Source: an uncultured delta proteobacterium
GTDB taxonomy: Bacteria; Desulfobacterota; Desulfobaccia; Desulfobaccales; 0-14-0-80-60-11
Reading direction: 5' to 3'
Length of the DNA stretch: 64,000 nt
Assembly: GCA_963812015.1 (NCBI GenBank)
Contig: CAWETI010000002.1
Location: 1,344,001-1,408,000 of the forward strand
Every line of letters starts with the position of its first letter. Positions within the stretch are counted from its first letter, which is position 1. The notes under the pieces were generated by a model, which saw only the letters and a list, made by a program, of their open reading frames with translations, was not told where the DNA came from and did no database searches. A program made the position numbers and the translations under genes. Positions 18,454 through 29,100 of the stretch are shown here, piece by piece.

Positions 18454-18643
18454 TCAGTGAAAGGGGACCGCTGGCGGCAAGTTATTTCAACCCCCTTCAC
18501 CTCAATCCTCTCCCCCTCAGGTGGGATGAGGAGGTGAGGCGAAAGCCAAGGTTATCCCATCACCCCAGAAGACCGGAACTGGGAGAGGCAGGTCGTGAAA
18601 TGGCATATACCGGCAACTGATTGCTGACAACTGACAACTAACA
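18435..18643. repeat. Inverted heptamer-arm element (empty) overlapping the ntpD stop
   Basis: Left arm AGCAGCC AGTAGCC AGTAGTC AGT; right arm ACCGGCA ACTGATT GCTGACA ACTGACA ACTAACA. Confidence 0.7.
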
Positions 18644-18657
18644 AAAGGGAGGGCAGG

Positions 18658-19107
18658 GTGGCGCAGATCACCAAAATTCTGGTACCCGTGGACGGCTCGG
18701 AGGCCTCCCTGGCGGCCCACCGCCTGGCCCTGGTGGCGGCCCGGGCCCTGGGGGCCGAAGTCATTTTGCTCTACGTAGTGGATTCTTCGGCCCTGGATGA
18801 AATCGTGCGCCTGTCCGGCCGGGAACGGCCCCACTTGTTGAGCGAGATGGAGGAGAGTGGCCAAAAGCTGCTCCTGTCCCTGAGTCAGGAGGCGCAGAAG
18901 CAGGGAGTTGCCGTCCGGGTGGACATCCAGACCGGTATGCCTGACGAAGTCATCCTGGACGAGGCCATCCGCCAGCAGGCCGGGTTGATCGTCATGGGCA
19001 AGATCGGCCGAAAAAGACACCGGCGGTCGCTTCTGGGCTCGGTAACGGAACGCATCCTGGAGGCGGCCGACCTGCCGGTGCTGGTGGTCAGCCCCAAGCA
19101 GCCCTGA
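18658..19107 (+). CDS. Universal stress protein (UspA family)
   Basis: KILVPVDGS, LIVMGKIGR..LLGSVTERIL..PVLVV. Confidence 0.95.
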   Translation: MAQITKILVPVDGSEASLAAHRLALVAARALGAEVILLYVVDSSALDEIVRLSGRERPHLLSEMEESGQKLLLSLSQEAQKQGVAVRVDIQTGMPDEVILDEAIRQQAGLIVMGKIGRKRHRRSLLGSVTERILEAADLPVLVVSPKQP

Positions 19108-19329
19108 AGCTCACCCGGCTGCGGCAGGGCCCCGGGCCGGCGGTCGCGGTGGCAGCCTGGATGAGGGTCCAAAACCCTGGGCCGAGGAACCTGAGATCAA
19201 CGCAGCACATAATATCGACCTCCTCTGAGTATCCTTTTGCCTTGCGGCACGTTTCCCGGTAAAATGGGGACGGCTCGATGCAGGCCGAGAATTTCAGCAG
19301 TAGTGCCGCAGGCCGACGTGGAGGAGCGC

Positions 19330-20352
19330 ATGAAGATTACCCGGCGTCTTATTCCTATCATTCTGGTCGCAGTGGCGGTCGTGGGCGGCCTGGCCTACTG
19401 GCTGGTATGGTGGGAAACCCGGCAGTCCAACAATACCTTGCCTCTGCAAGGGCACCTGGAGGCCACCGAGACCGATCTGGCTTTCAAGGTTTCCGGCATC
19501 ATCCAGTACATTTTTTTTCAGGAGGGCGACTGGGTCTCCACGAACCAGGTGGTGGCCGGCCTGGAGGCCAAGGACCTCAGAGATGAGGTGGATCGGGCCC
19601 GGGCTGCCCTGGCTGCGTCGAAGGCCAACCTGGACAAGTTGGAGCACGGTTACCGGCCCCAGGAGATCAAAGAAGCCGAAACCCAGGTGGCCAAGACCAA
19701 GGCTGACCTGGTGAATAAGAAGCTGGATTATGAGCGGTACGAAAACCTCTATAAAAGAAAGGTCGCACCCGCCATCACCCGGGATAAGTTTGAGGCCGAT
19801 TACCTCATGGCCAAAGAGACTCACAAGAGTGCGGTGGAGCAATACAGCATGTTGAAGGAAGGCTACCGGGTGGAGGACATCAACCAGGGCCGGGGCCAGT
19901 TTAAAGAGGCCCAGGCCTCGCTGGAATTGGCTCTCACCCGGCTGGGGTACGGCACCATCAATTCCCCGGTGAACGGCGTGGTCCTGGTGCGGCCCATGGA
20001 GCCCGGCATGACCGCGGCGGTGGGGGCCCCGGTGCTCACCGTGGGAGATATGGACAATATCTATTTTCAGGGGTATATCCCGGAAACCGACCTGGCCAAG
20101 GTCAAATTCGGCATGAAGGCCTATGTCACCTCCGACACCTACCCGGGCAAGAAGTACCCTGCCTGGGTCTCCTTCATCAACTCCAAGGCGGAGTTCACCC
20201 CCAAGACGGTGGAAACCCAAAAAGAGCGGGTGACCCTGGTCTATCGCTGCAAGATCCGGGCGCAAAACCTCAACTACGAATTGAAGCCGGGGATGCCGGC
20301 GGAAGCGGTCATTCTCCTTGACAGCCAAGCAGCAGACCACCCCCAGCAGTGA
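19330..20352 (+). CDS. HlyD/YbhG-like membrane fusion protein of an ABC exporter
   Basis: N-terminal TM, lipoyl halves, AEFTPKTVET..LVYR, LKPGMPA; ATG 19330 after GGAGGAG. Confidence 0.92.
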   Translation: MKITRRLIPIILVAVAVVGGLAYWLVWWETRQSNNTLPLQGHLEATETDLAFKVSGIIQYIFFQEGDWVSTNQVVAGLEAKDLRDEVDRARAALAASKANLDKLEHGYRPQEIKEAETQVAKTKADLVNKKLDYERYENLYKRKVAPAITRDKFEADYLMAKETHKSAVEQYSMLKEGYRVEDINQGRGQFKEAQASLELALTRLGYGTINSPVNGVVLVRPMEPGMTAAVGAPVLTVGDMDNIYFQGYIPETDLAKVKFGMKAYVTSDTYPGKKYPAWVSFINSKAEFTPKTVETQKERVTLVYRCKIRAQNLNYELKPGMPAEAVILLDSQAADHPQQ

Positions 20353-21274
20353 ACCGGCCATTCGAGTCGAAGGGCTGACCAAACGGTTCGGGACCCTTAC
20401 CGCAGTGGATCACCTCACTCTTGCGGTGTCGCCGGGAGAGGCCTTTGCCTTGGTGGGGCCGGATGCCGCCGGCAAGACCACCACCATCCGCATGCTCGTG
20501 GGCATCATGGACCCGGACGAAGGCCGGGCCGCGGTCCTGGGTTTCGACACGGTGAAGGAATCGGAGGCTCTCAAGGAGCAGATCGGTTATATGCCCCAGC
20601 GCTTCGGTCTCTACGACGACCTGACCGTGGCCGAGAACATGGTTTTCTATGCCGATATCTATGGGGTGTCCCGGGCAGAACGGGCCGAGCGGATGCCCGA
20701 GCTCCTGGGCTTTTCCAACCTCACCCCCTTCCAGGACCGGCTGGCCCGCAATCTCTCCGGGGGGATGCGCCAGAAGTTGGGTCTGGCCTGCGCCCTCATC
20801 CATAGGCCCCGGCTGCTGTTTCTGGACGAGCCCACCTTCGGGGTGGACCCTATCTCCCGGCGGGAGTTCTGGGAGATCCTCTACCGGCTCCTGGGCACCG
20901 GCCTTACCATCTTCCTGTCCACCGCCTACATGGATGAAGCCGAACGGGCGCACCGGGTCGGCCTGATACATCGCGGCCGGTTACTGGTGGTGGACACGCC
21001 CAAGGCCATCAAGGCCTCCTTTGCGGGGGAACTCCTGGAGACCCGGGCTTCCAACCTGTGGACGGCCAGAAAAGTGTTGAACGCCAACCCCCTGGTGCAT
21101 CTCTCCCTGGCCATGGGGGACCGGCTGATGGTGACGGTGGACGACGCCGCGGCGGCCATGGGTCCCCTCCAGGAGGTTCTGGAGCAAGCCGGCCTCACCG
21201 AGGTGTCCCTGGCGCGGGCCAACCCCGACCTGGAGGATCTCTTCGTCCAGATTGTGCGCCGGGGGGAGAAGTGA
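20318..21274 (+). CDS. ABC transporter ATP-binding protein (YbhF N-half-like)
   Basis: GPDAAGKTT, LSGGMRQK, FLDEPTFGVDP, STAYMDEA. Confidence 0.93.
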   Translation: MTAKQQTTPSSEPAIRVEGLTKRFGTLTAVDHLTLAVSPGEAFALVGPDAAGKTTTIRMLVGIMDPDEGRAAVLGFDTVKESEALKEQIGYMPQRFGLYDDLTVAENMVFYADIYGVSRAERAERMPELLGFSNLTPFQDRLARNLSGGMRQKLGLACALIHRPRLLFLDEPTFGVDPISRREFWEILYRLLGTGLTIFLSTAYMDEAERAHRVGLIHRGRLLVVDTPKAIKASFAGELLETRASNLWTARKVLNANPLVHLSLAMGDRLMVTVDDAAAAMGPLQEVLEQAGLTEVSLARANPDLEDLFVQIVRRGEK

Positions 21275-21356
21275 AGAGAAGGGGCGAAAAGGGAAGGGCC
21301 TAAGGCAATTTTTTGCAGGACAGGCACAGGTGGGTAACCAGAATTTTAAAAGATAC

Positions 21357-22292
21357 ATGACAGACGACAAAGCCATTGTGGTCAAAAATCTTTCCCGACA
21401 TTTCGGGGACTTCAAGGCGGTGGACAACATCAGCTTTGAGGTCTCCCGGGGGGAGATCTTTGGCTTCCTGGGACCCAACGGGGCGGGCAAATCCACCACC
21501 ATCCGCATGCTCAACGGGCTTCTCTTGCCCACCAGCGGCGAAGGCCGGGTGGGGGGGTTCGACATCATCCGGGAGAACGCCCGGATCAAAACCCATATCG
21601 GTTGCATGTCCCAGCGCTTCTCCCTCTATGAAGACCTGACCGGGGAGGAAAACCTCAGCTTTTTCGGGGGCGTCTACGGCCTCGCCCCGGATCGTCTCAA
21701 GGGGCGCATTACCGAAGTGCTGACCGAGGTGGGACTGGAGGACCGCCGCCACGACTTGACCCAGACCCTGCCCCTGGGCCTGAAGCAGCGGCTGGCCCTG
21801 GCCTCGGCCATCATCCACCGGCCTTCCATCCTGTTTTTGGATGAGGCCACCAGCGGGGTGGACCCCATATCCCGGCGCAATTTTTGGGACCTGATCTACG
21901 CCATGGCCCAGGAGGGCCGGACTATTTTGGTCACCACCCACCACATGGAGGAGGCGGAGTTCTGTGACCGGCTGGTGCTGATCTACCAGGGGCGCATCAT
22001 CGCCCAGGGCACCCCCAGCGAGCTCAAAGGGGAAGTGAAGGAGGCGATCCTGGCGGTTTACCCCGACCAACTGCACAGCGCCCTGGATTTGATCAAGCAG
22101 TTGCCCCAGGTGGCCGAGGCCGCGGTGTTCGGGGACGGCCTCCATATCGCCACCACCCGGCCCGAGGAAACCGAACCGGCCATTCAAGACACCCTGACGG
22201 CCCATCACATCGCCTTTGGCCGTATCGAGCGGGTGCAGCCCAGCCTGGAAGACGCCTTCATCTCCCTGGTGCAGCGGGCGGAAGGGGCGTAA
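21357..22292 (+). CDS. ABC transporter ATP-binding protein (YbhF C-half-like)
   Basis: GPNGAGKST, LPLGLKQRLAL, FLDEATSGVDP, TTHHMEEAE. Confidence 0.93.
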   Translation: MTDDKAIVVKNLSRHFGDFKAVDNISFEVSRGEIFGFLGPNGAGKSTTIRMLNGLLLPTSGEGRVGGFDIIRENARIKTHIGCMSQRFSLYEDLTGEENLSFFGGVYGLAPDRLKGRITEVLTEVGLEDRRHDLTQTLPLGLKQRLALASAIIHRPSILFLDEATSGVDPISRRNFWDLIYAMAQEGRTILVTTHHMEEAEFCDRLVLIYQGRIIAQGTPSELKGEVKEAILAVYPDQLHSALDLIKQLPQVAEAAVFGDGLHIATTRPEETEPAIQDTLTAHHIAFGRIERVQPSLEDAFISLVQRAEGA

Positions 22293-22410
22293 AGCAGCTG
22301 TCAGCAATCAGCTAAAAGCAGGAAAAATCCTTAAGGAAAAAAGCGGATAATTAAAAAAACCGAAAACCGAAAACAAGAAGCTGAAAGCTGACCGCTGAAA
22401 GCTGAGAGCT
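22293..22410. repeat. Inverted heptamer-arm element (empty) with a nested AAAACCG arm
   Basis: Left arm AGCAGCTGTCAGCAATCAGCT; right arm AGCTGAA AGCTGAC CGCTGAA AGCTGAG AGCT; internal AAAACCGAAAACCGAAAAC. Confidence 0.75.
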
Positions 22411-22417
22411 ATAAGCC

Positions 22418-23551
22418 ATGGACCTCAACCGTACCTGGGCCATTTCCCGGAAAGAACTGATTCACATCCGGCGGGACCCCATCAGCCTCCTCCAGATCAT
22501 CCTGCTGCCGGTGGTGCTCCTCTTGCTTTACGGCTATGCCCTCACCTTCGACATCAAGAACGTCACCATCGCGGTTTACGACCAGGAAGGCAGCCAGCTC
22601 AGCCAAGATTTCATCAACCGCTTCCGGGGCACCGAATACTTCCGGTTGGAGAAGTTTACCAATAATTACCAAGAGTTGAAGCGTCTGATCACGGAGCGCC
22701 AAGTCCAGGTGGGACTCATGCTTCCCTATGATTTTTCCTGGCAGTATCAGACGGGGAAGACCGCTAAGGGGCAGGCCTTGGTGGACGGCACCGACTCCAA
22801 CACCGCCAACATCGTCCTGGGTTACATCCAGGCGGTGACCTCGGCTTACAATCAGAAACTCCTGGAGCAGCGGGTCACCGCCAAGGGGCCGGGCCGCAAC
22901 GAAATGCCGGTGGACTCCCAGACCCGCTTCTGGTTCAACGAGGACCTGGAGTCTCGCAACTATATCGTCCCCGGCCTGATTGCGGTCATCATGACGGTGG
23001 TGGGGGCCCTGCTCACCTCCCTGACGGTAGTGCGGGAACTGGAGCGGGGCAGCATGGAGGGCCTGATGGCCACCCCCCTCAAGCGGACGGAACTCCTGCT
23101 GGGGAAACTCGGTCCCTATTTCATCATTGGTATGTTCGATATGGCCGTGGTCTTGGCCATGGGCAAGTTCCTCTTTCAAGTGCCTTTAAGGGGTAGCCCC
23201 TTGCTGTTGATCGCCATGGCGGCGGTTTTCCTGGTCGCCACCCTGGGGCAGGGGTTGCTCATTTCGGTGACCTCCCAAAACCAGTTGCAGGCCTTCCAGA
23301 TGGCCATGCTCACCACCTTCTTGCCGTCGTTTCTCCTGTCCGGCTTTGTGTTCTCCATTTACCTGATGCCCTTGCCCCTGCAGATCGCTTCCTATATCGT
23401 GCCGGCCCGGTACCTGGTGGCCATTGCCAAGGGCATCTACCTCAAGGGCCTGGGAATTCGCTATTTGTGGCCCAGCGCCTTGATGCTGGCCGGGGCCGCC
23501 ACGTTTTTCGTGGTCATGTCCATCAAGAAGTTTGTCAAGAAGATCAGGTGA
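22418..23551 (+). CDS. ABC-2 permease (YbhS-like)
   Basis: KELIHIRRD, VPGLIAVIM, RELERGSMEGLMATP, LLSGFVF. Confidence 0.93.
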   Translation: MDLNRTWAISRKELIHIRRDPISLLQIILLPVVLLLLYGYALTFDIKNVTIAVYDQEGSQLSQDFINRFRGTEYFRLEKFTNNYQELKRLITERQVQVGLMLPYDFSWQYQTGKTAKGQALVDGTDSNTANIVLGYIQAVTSAYNQKLLEQRVTAKGPGRNEMPVDSQTRFWFNEDLESRNYIVPGLIAVIMTVVGALLTSLTVVRELERGSMEGLMATPLKRTELLLGKLGPYFIIGMFDMAVVLAMGKFLFQVPLRGSPLLLIAMAAVFLVATLGQGLLISVTSQNQLQAFQMAMLTTFLPSFLLSGFVFSIYLMPLPLQIASYIVPARYLVAIAKGIYLKGLGIRYLWPSALMLAGAATFFVVMSIKKFVKKIR

Positions 23552-23555
23552 GGGG

Positions 23556-23718
23556 AGCGGTTAGCAGTTAGTTTAAAAGATGAAAGAAGATGACAAGACG
23601 ACAAAGGGAAGTTAAACCGCCATTCGAGGTGGTAGTAGATGAATATCTTAAAAAATGCCGTGTCAGGTCCATCTTACTGTTTCACGTGCTGACAGCTAAC
23701 AGCTAACGGCTAAGAGCT
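23556..23718. repeat. Inverted heptamer-arm element (empty)
   Basis: Left arm AGCGGTT AGCAGTT AGT; right arm GCTGACA GCTAACA GCTAACG GCTAAGA GCT, ending a few nt before the next ATG. Confidence 0.72.
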
Positions 23719-23722
23719 ACCC

Positions 23723-24859
23723 ATGTTTCGTCGCATCCGACACATCATCATCAAAGAATTCATCCAGGTCTTGCGGGACAAGAAGCTCCGCTTTTTCCTC
23801 ATTGTGCCGCCTCTGGTGCAGCTGCTCACCTATGGCTACGTGGTCAACTTCGACATCAAGCATGTGGCCCTGGCCGTGTTCGATGAAAGCCACTCCATGG
23901 AGTCCCGGCAGCTCATCGATCGGTTCGCCTCCAATGACTGGTTCAATGTGAAGTACTTTGTTAAGAGCCAGAAGGAGTTGCTGCACCTCATCGACCGGGG
24001 CGACATCACCATGGCCCTGTGGGTCCAGTGGGATTTCGCCACCCGGATGCGCCAGGGCAAGTCGGGCCGGCTCCAGGTGATCGTGGACGCCACCGACTCC
24101 AATGCCGCCCTCATCGTCAACCGTTATGCCGGCACGGTGATCGCCGATTATAACCAACAGCAGATGGACCAGCGGTTTGCCCGCCAGGGGCAGGAGTGGA
24201 CGGGCCAGATCAGCGTTCCCCTGGACATGGAGTCCCGGGCCTGGTTCAACCCCAATCTCATCAGCCGCTACTCCATGATTCCCGGGGTTATCGCCATGGT
24301 GGTGCTACTGATCAGCCTGATGCTGACCGCCCTGTCGGTGGTGCGGGAAAAAGAGATCGGCACCATGGAGCAGATCCTGGTGACCCCCATCCGGCCCATC
24401 GAGTTGATGCTGGGCAAGACCATCCCCTTTGTCATCATCTCCATGCTGGAAGTGGTCATGGTCACCGTGGTGGGGATTGTTTGGTTTGAGGTGCCGTTTC
24501 ACGGCAGCATCCTGGTGCTCCTCCTGGGCACCCTGGCCTTTCTCTTTAACTCCGTGGGGCTGGGGCTGCTCATTTCCACGGTCTCTTCCACCCAGCAGCA
24601 GGCGATGATGGCCGGCAACCTGTTTTTGACCCCGGCCATTCTTTTGTCCGGGCTGGTCTTTCCCATTGCCAACATGCCGGTATTCTTCCAGTACCTGACG
24701 CTGCTGAATCCCTTAATGTACTTCATCATCGTGACCCAGGGGGTCTTTCTCAAGGGCGCCGGGCTGGCCCTCCTGTGGCCTCAAATGACGGCCATGACCG
24801 TCCTGGGCCTGGGCATGCTGGCCCTGGCCGTGGCCCGCTTCAAGGTCCATATCGCCTGA
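23723..24859 (+). CDS. ABC-2 permease (YbhR-like)
   Basis: KEFIQVLRD, VREKEIGTMEQILVTPI, LLSG..PIANMP. Confidence 0.93.
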   Translation: MFRRIRHIIIKEFIQVLRDKKLRFFLIVPPLVQLLTYGYVVNFDIKHVALAVFDESHSMESRQLIDRFASNDWFNVKYFVKSQKELLHLIDRGDITMALWVQWDFATRMRQGKSGRLQVIVDATDSNAALIVNRYAGTVIADYNQQQMDQRFARQGQEWTGQISVPLDMESRAWFNPNLISRYSMIPGVIAMVVLLISLMLTALSVVREKEIGTMEQILVTPIRPIELMLGKTIPFVIISMLEVVMVTVVGIVWFEVPFHGSILVLLLGTLAFLFNSVGLGLLISTVSSTQQQAMMAGNLFLTPAILLSGLVFPIANMPVFFQYLTLLNPLMYFIIVTQGVFLKGAGLALLWPQMTAMTVLGLGMLALAVARFKVHIA

Positions 24860-25001
24860 GGCGAGAAGATGGCAGACCGAAGAATTTGCTTGGCGGTGGC
24901 GGAGAGGCACACTATAATTGGCTAATTGGGCCGGCTGAGCCCGAATCACAGTTCTGGCGCCGTTTGGACTGGTTCACTATGAAGCCTGTCCCGGTAAAAC
25001 C

Positions 25002-26147
25002 TTGAGACAGCAATCCTCCATGATCAGCTCCCGAAAATATCGCGGTTTTCAGTCTGGGCCCCTGGCCTGGTTAGTCCTGCTGCTGACTGTTCCCCTCATG
25101 ATGGCCTCCTGTTCCGAGCAGAAGAAACCCCCGCCCCCGCCGATGCCGGTCCTGGTGGCTACGGTGACGGAGAAGACGGTGCCCGTGGAGTTGAAGGCCA
25201 TCGCCAACGTGGAGGCTTACTCCACCGTGTCCATCAAGTCCCGGCTGGCCGGTCAGCTGGTCCAGGTGAATTTTAAGGAAGGCCAGGACGTCAAAGAAGG
25301 CGAACTCCTCTTCGTCATCGATCCTCGCCCTTATGAAGCCGCCCTCAAACAGGTGGAAGCCAACCTGGTCCGGGATAAAGCCCTGGCCACCAAGGCCAAG
25401 ACGGACGCGGTGCGCTATGCCGAACTGATTAGGAAACAGTTTGTCAGCCAACAGGATTATGACCAGGCCAAGGCCACCGCCGACTCCCTGGGGGCCACGG
25501 TTAACGCCGATGAAGTGGCAGTGCAAAATGCCAGGCTTAATTTGAGTTATTGTTATATCAAGGCCCCCCTTAGCGGCCGCACCGGCAGCCTGATCGCGCA
25601 GCAGGGGAACATGATCAAGGACAACGCCGATATCGCCATGGTGGTCATCAACCAGATACAGCCCATCTACGTGTCGTTTGCCATCCCGGAACAAAACCTG
25701 GCGGAAATCCGGAAGTACATGGCGGTGGGAAAGGTGCCGGTGGAGGCCGTCATCGCCGGGCAGGAGGACAACCCCGAGGTGGGGGTCCTCAGCTTTATCG
25801 ATAACACCGTGGACAAGGCCACGGGGACCATCTTGTGTAAAGCCACCTTTGCCAACGAGCACAAGCGTCTGTGGCCCGGCCTGTTCGTCAACGTGGTGGT
25901 GAAGCTCTCCAGCCAGCCCCACGCCATCCTGGTTCCGTCCCCGGCCCTGCAGACGAGCCAGGAAGGCCAGATCGTTTTCGTGGTGAAACCCGATCTCACG
26001 GTGGAGGTCCGCCGGGTGGAAGTGGACCGGAGCCTTGGTGGCGAGACCATCATCAAGCAGGGACTCACGCCCGGGGAACAGGTGGTGACCGACGGCCAGC
26101 TCCGCTTGGTGCCGGGAGCCAAGGTCCAGATCAAGACCGGGCTCTAA
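25002..26147 (+). CDS. RND periplasmic adaptor (MdtA/AcrA family)
   Basis: Lipobox-like ASC, FKEGQDV..IDPRPY, IDNTVDKATGT, LWPGLFV. Exact start uncertain (25002 or 25020). Confidence 0.93.
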   Translation: MRQQSSMISSRKYRGFQSGPLAWLVLLLTVPLMMASCSEQKKPPPPPMPVLVATVTEKTVPVELKAIANVEAYSTVSIKSRLAGQLVQVNFKEGQDVKEGELLFVIDPRPYEAALKQVEANLVRDKALATKAKTDAVRYAELIRKQFVSQQDYDQAKATADSLGATVNADEVAVQNARLNLSYCYIKAPLSGRTGSLIAQQGNMIKDNADIAMVVINQIQPIYVSFAIPEQNLAEIRKYMAVGKVPVEAVIAGQEDNPEVGVLSFIDNTVDKATGTILCKATFANEHKRLWPGLFVNVVVKLSSQPHAILVPSPALQTSQEGQIVFVVKPDLTVEVRRVEVDRSLGGETIIKQGLTPGEQVVTDGQLRLVPGAKVQIKTGL

Positions 26148-26165
26148 GCAGCCCGGGGCGCCCCT

Positions 26166-29100
26166 ATGCACTTCACCGAGCTCTTCATCCGCCGGCCGAT
26201 CATGACCACCCTGGTCATGCTGTCCATCCTGATCTTCGGGGCCATGAGCTATCGCTACCTGCCGGTGAGCGATCTGCCCAACGTCGACTTTCCAACCATC
26301 CTGGTTTCCGCCAGCCTGCCCGGGGCTTCGCCTGAGACCATGGCCTCCGCAGTGGCCACCCCGCTGGAACGCCAGTTCTCCACCATCGCCGGTCTGGACA
26401 ACCTGAGTTCCACTAACGCCCTGGGGCTCAGCCAGATCACCCTGCAATTCGCCTTGAGCCGGAGCATTGACGCCGCGGCCCAGGACGTCCAGGCCGCCAT
26501 CGCCAAGGCCGGAGCCCAACTTCCCCCGGAAATGCCCACCCCCCCCACCTATATGAAGGTGAATCCGGCGGACCAACCGGTTCTCTACCTGGCCGTAAGT
26601 TCGGATACCCTGCCGCTGTCCACCGTGGATGAATACGGCGAAACTCTGATGGCGCAGCGGATCTCCATGGTGGACGGGGTGGCCCAGGTCCAGGTGTTCG
26701 GTCCCCAAAAGTATGCGGTGCGCATCCAACTGGACCCCAAGGCCCTGGCCAGCCGGGGCCTCGGCATCAACGAGGTGGGGGATGCGGTTAAGAACCAAAA
26801 CGTCAATCTGCCCACGGGGACCCTGTACGGCACCCACAAGGCCGTTACGGTCCAGGCCACGGGCCAGCTCACCAATGCGGCGGCGTACCGGCCCGTGATC
26901 GTGGCCTACCGGAACGGCCAACCCGTGCGCCTGGCGGACCTGGGCCAGGTGCTCAACAGCGTCGAGACTGATAAGATCGCCTCCTGGTATAAGAACTCCC
27001 GGGCCATTATTTTGGCCATCCAGCGCCAGCCCGGCACCAATACCATCCAGGTGGTGGACTCCATTAAGAAAATTTTCCCCACCTTGAGGAACCAGATTCC
27101 GGCGTCGGTGAATATCGATACGCTGTATGACCGCTCCGCCACCATCCGGGAATCGGTGAACGACGTCCAGTTCACCCTGCTGTTGGCCCTGGGTCTGGTG
27201 ATCCTGGTGATCTTCCTCTTCCTGCGCAACCTCTCCGCCACCGTCATCCCCAGCCTGGCGCTGCCCATGTCAATCGTGGGCACGTTCTCCGTCATGTATC
27301 TGCTGAACTACAGCCTGGACAACCTCTCCTTGATGGCCCTGATCCTGGCGGTGGGCTTCGTGGTGGACGACGCCATCGTGGTGCTGGAAAACATCGTGCG
27401 GCACATGGAGATGGGGGAGAAGCCCTTTGCGGCGGCCCTCAAGGGTTCCCGGGAAATCGGTTTCACCATCCTGTCTATGACCCTGTCTCTGGCCGCGGTC
27501 TTTATCCCGGTGTTTTTCATGGGGGGCATCCTGGGGAGGCTGCTGCACGAGTTCGCGGTGACCATCGTGGCCGCCATCCTGATGTCCGGCCTGGTCTCCC
27601 TGACCCTCACCCCCATGCTGTGCAGCCGCTTCTTGAGGCCGCCCCGGGAAGAGCAGCATGGCCGCCTTTACCTGCTGACGGAGCGGTTTTTTGACGGCAT
27701 GCTCCGGCTCTATGAGTCAACCCTCCAATGGGTGCTCAGGCACCGGCGAAGCACCATGGCGGTTTCCGCCGTGCTCCTGATCATCACCTTCGTGCTCTTC
27801 GGCATCATGGGCAAGGGCTTCCTGCCCAGCGAAGACACGGGCTCCGTCTTTGCCTTCACCGAAGCCGCGGAGGGTATTTCTTTCGAGGCCATGGTGCGGG
27901 AACAAAAGGCGCTGGCAGCCATTGTCGCCAAGAATCCTTACGTGGACAACTGGATGTCCAGCGTCGGGGCCGGCGGCCCCAACGTGGCGGGCAATACCGG
28001 GCGCATTTTCATCCGCCTCATTCCCCGGAACAAGAGGCCGGGGGTGGATGAAATTATCCAGCAGTTGCGGGTCCAACTGTCCACGGTCCCGGGCATCCGG
28101 GTCTACCCGCAGAACCTCCCTCCCATTCGTATTGGCGGCATGCTGACCAAGGGCCTGTACCAGATCACCCTGCAAAGCCCGGACATTGATGAACTCTATA
28201 AATATGCCCCTTTGCTCCAGGACAAGGTCCGGACCTTGCCGGGGCTGGTGGATGTGAACAGCGATCTCCAGATCAAGAACCCCCAGGTGAACGTGTTGAT
28301 CAACCGGGACAAGGCGGCCACCCTGGGAGTTTCGGCCCAGCAGATCGAGGACGCCCTCTACTATGCCTACGGCTCCCGGCAAATCTCCACCATCTACGCT
28401 CCGAATAATGAGTATCAGGTCATCATGGAGTTGGATCCCCGGTATCAGATGGACCCCACAGCCCTGCAATGGCTGTACGTGAGGTCCAATAGCGGGCAAC
28501 TGGTGCCATTGGATGCATTAGCGAATTTAACCCAGACCCTGGGGCCCCTCACCATCAACCATGCGGGTCAGTTGCCCGCGGTGACCATCTCCTTCAATCT
28601 GAAACCCGGGACGGCTTTGGGCGATGCCGTGGCCGAAGTGCAAAAACTGGCCCGCCAGATGCTGCCGGCCACCATCACCCCCAACTTCCAGGGGGCGGCC
28701 CAGGCCTTCCAGGCCTCCATGCAGGGTCTGTGGCTGCTGCTGATCATGTGCATCCTGGTGATCTACATGATCCTGGGTATCCTGTACGAGAGCTTCATCC
28801 ACCCGGTGACCATCCTGTCGGGGCTGCCCTCCGCCGGCGTGGGGGCCCTGCTGGCCCTGCTGCTGTTCCACATGGACCTGGACATCTATGCCTTCGTGGG
28901 GATAATCATGCTGGTGGGGATCGTCAAGAAAAACGCCATCATGATGATCGACTTCGCCCTGGAAGCCCAGCGCACCGAAGGCAAAAGCCCCCTGGAGGCC
29001 ATTTACTCCGGGGCCCTGGTCCGCTTCCGGCCGATTATGATGACCACCATGGCAGCTCTCATGGGGGCGCTGCCCATCGCCCTGGGGTTGGGGGCCGGAG

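Noticed and set aside
25071..26921. 616-aa minus-strand ORF and other long antisense ORFs (55276-56781, 58049-59410, 19294-20382)
   Set aside because: Shadow frames of well-supported genes in GC-rich DNA, with no recognisable motifs.
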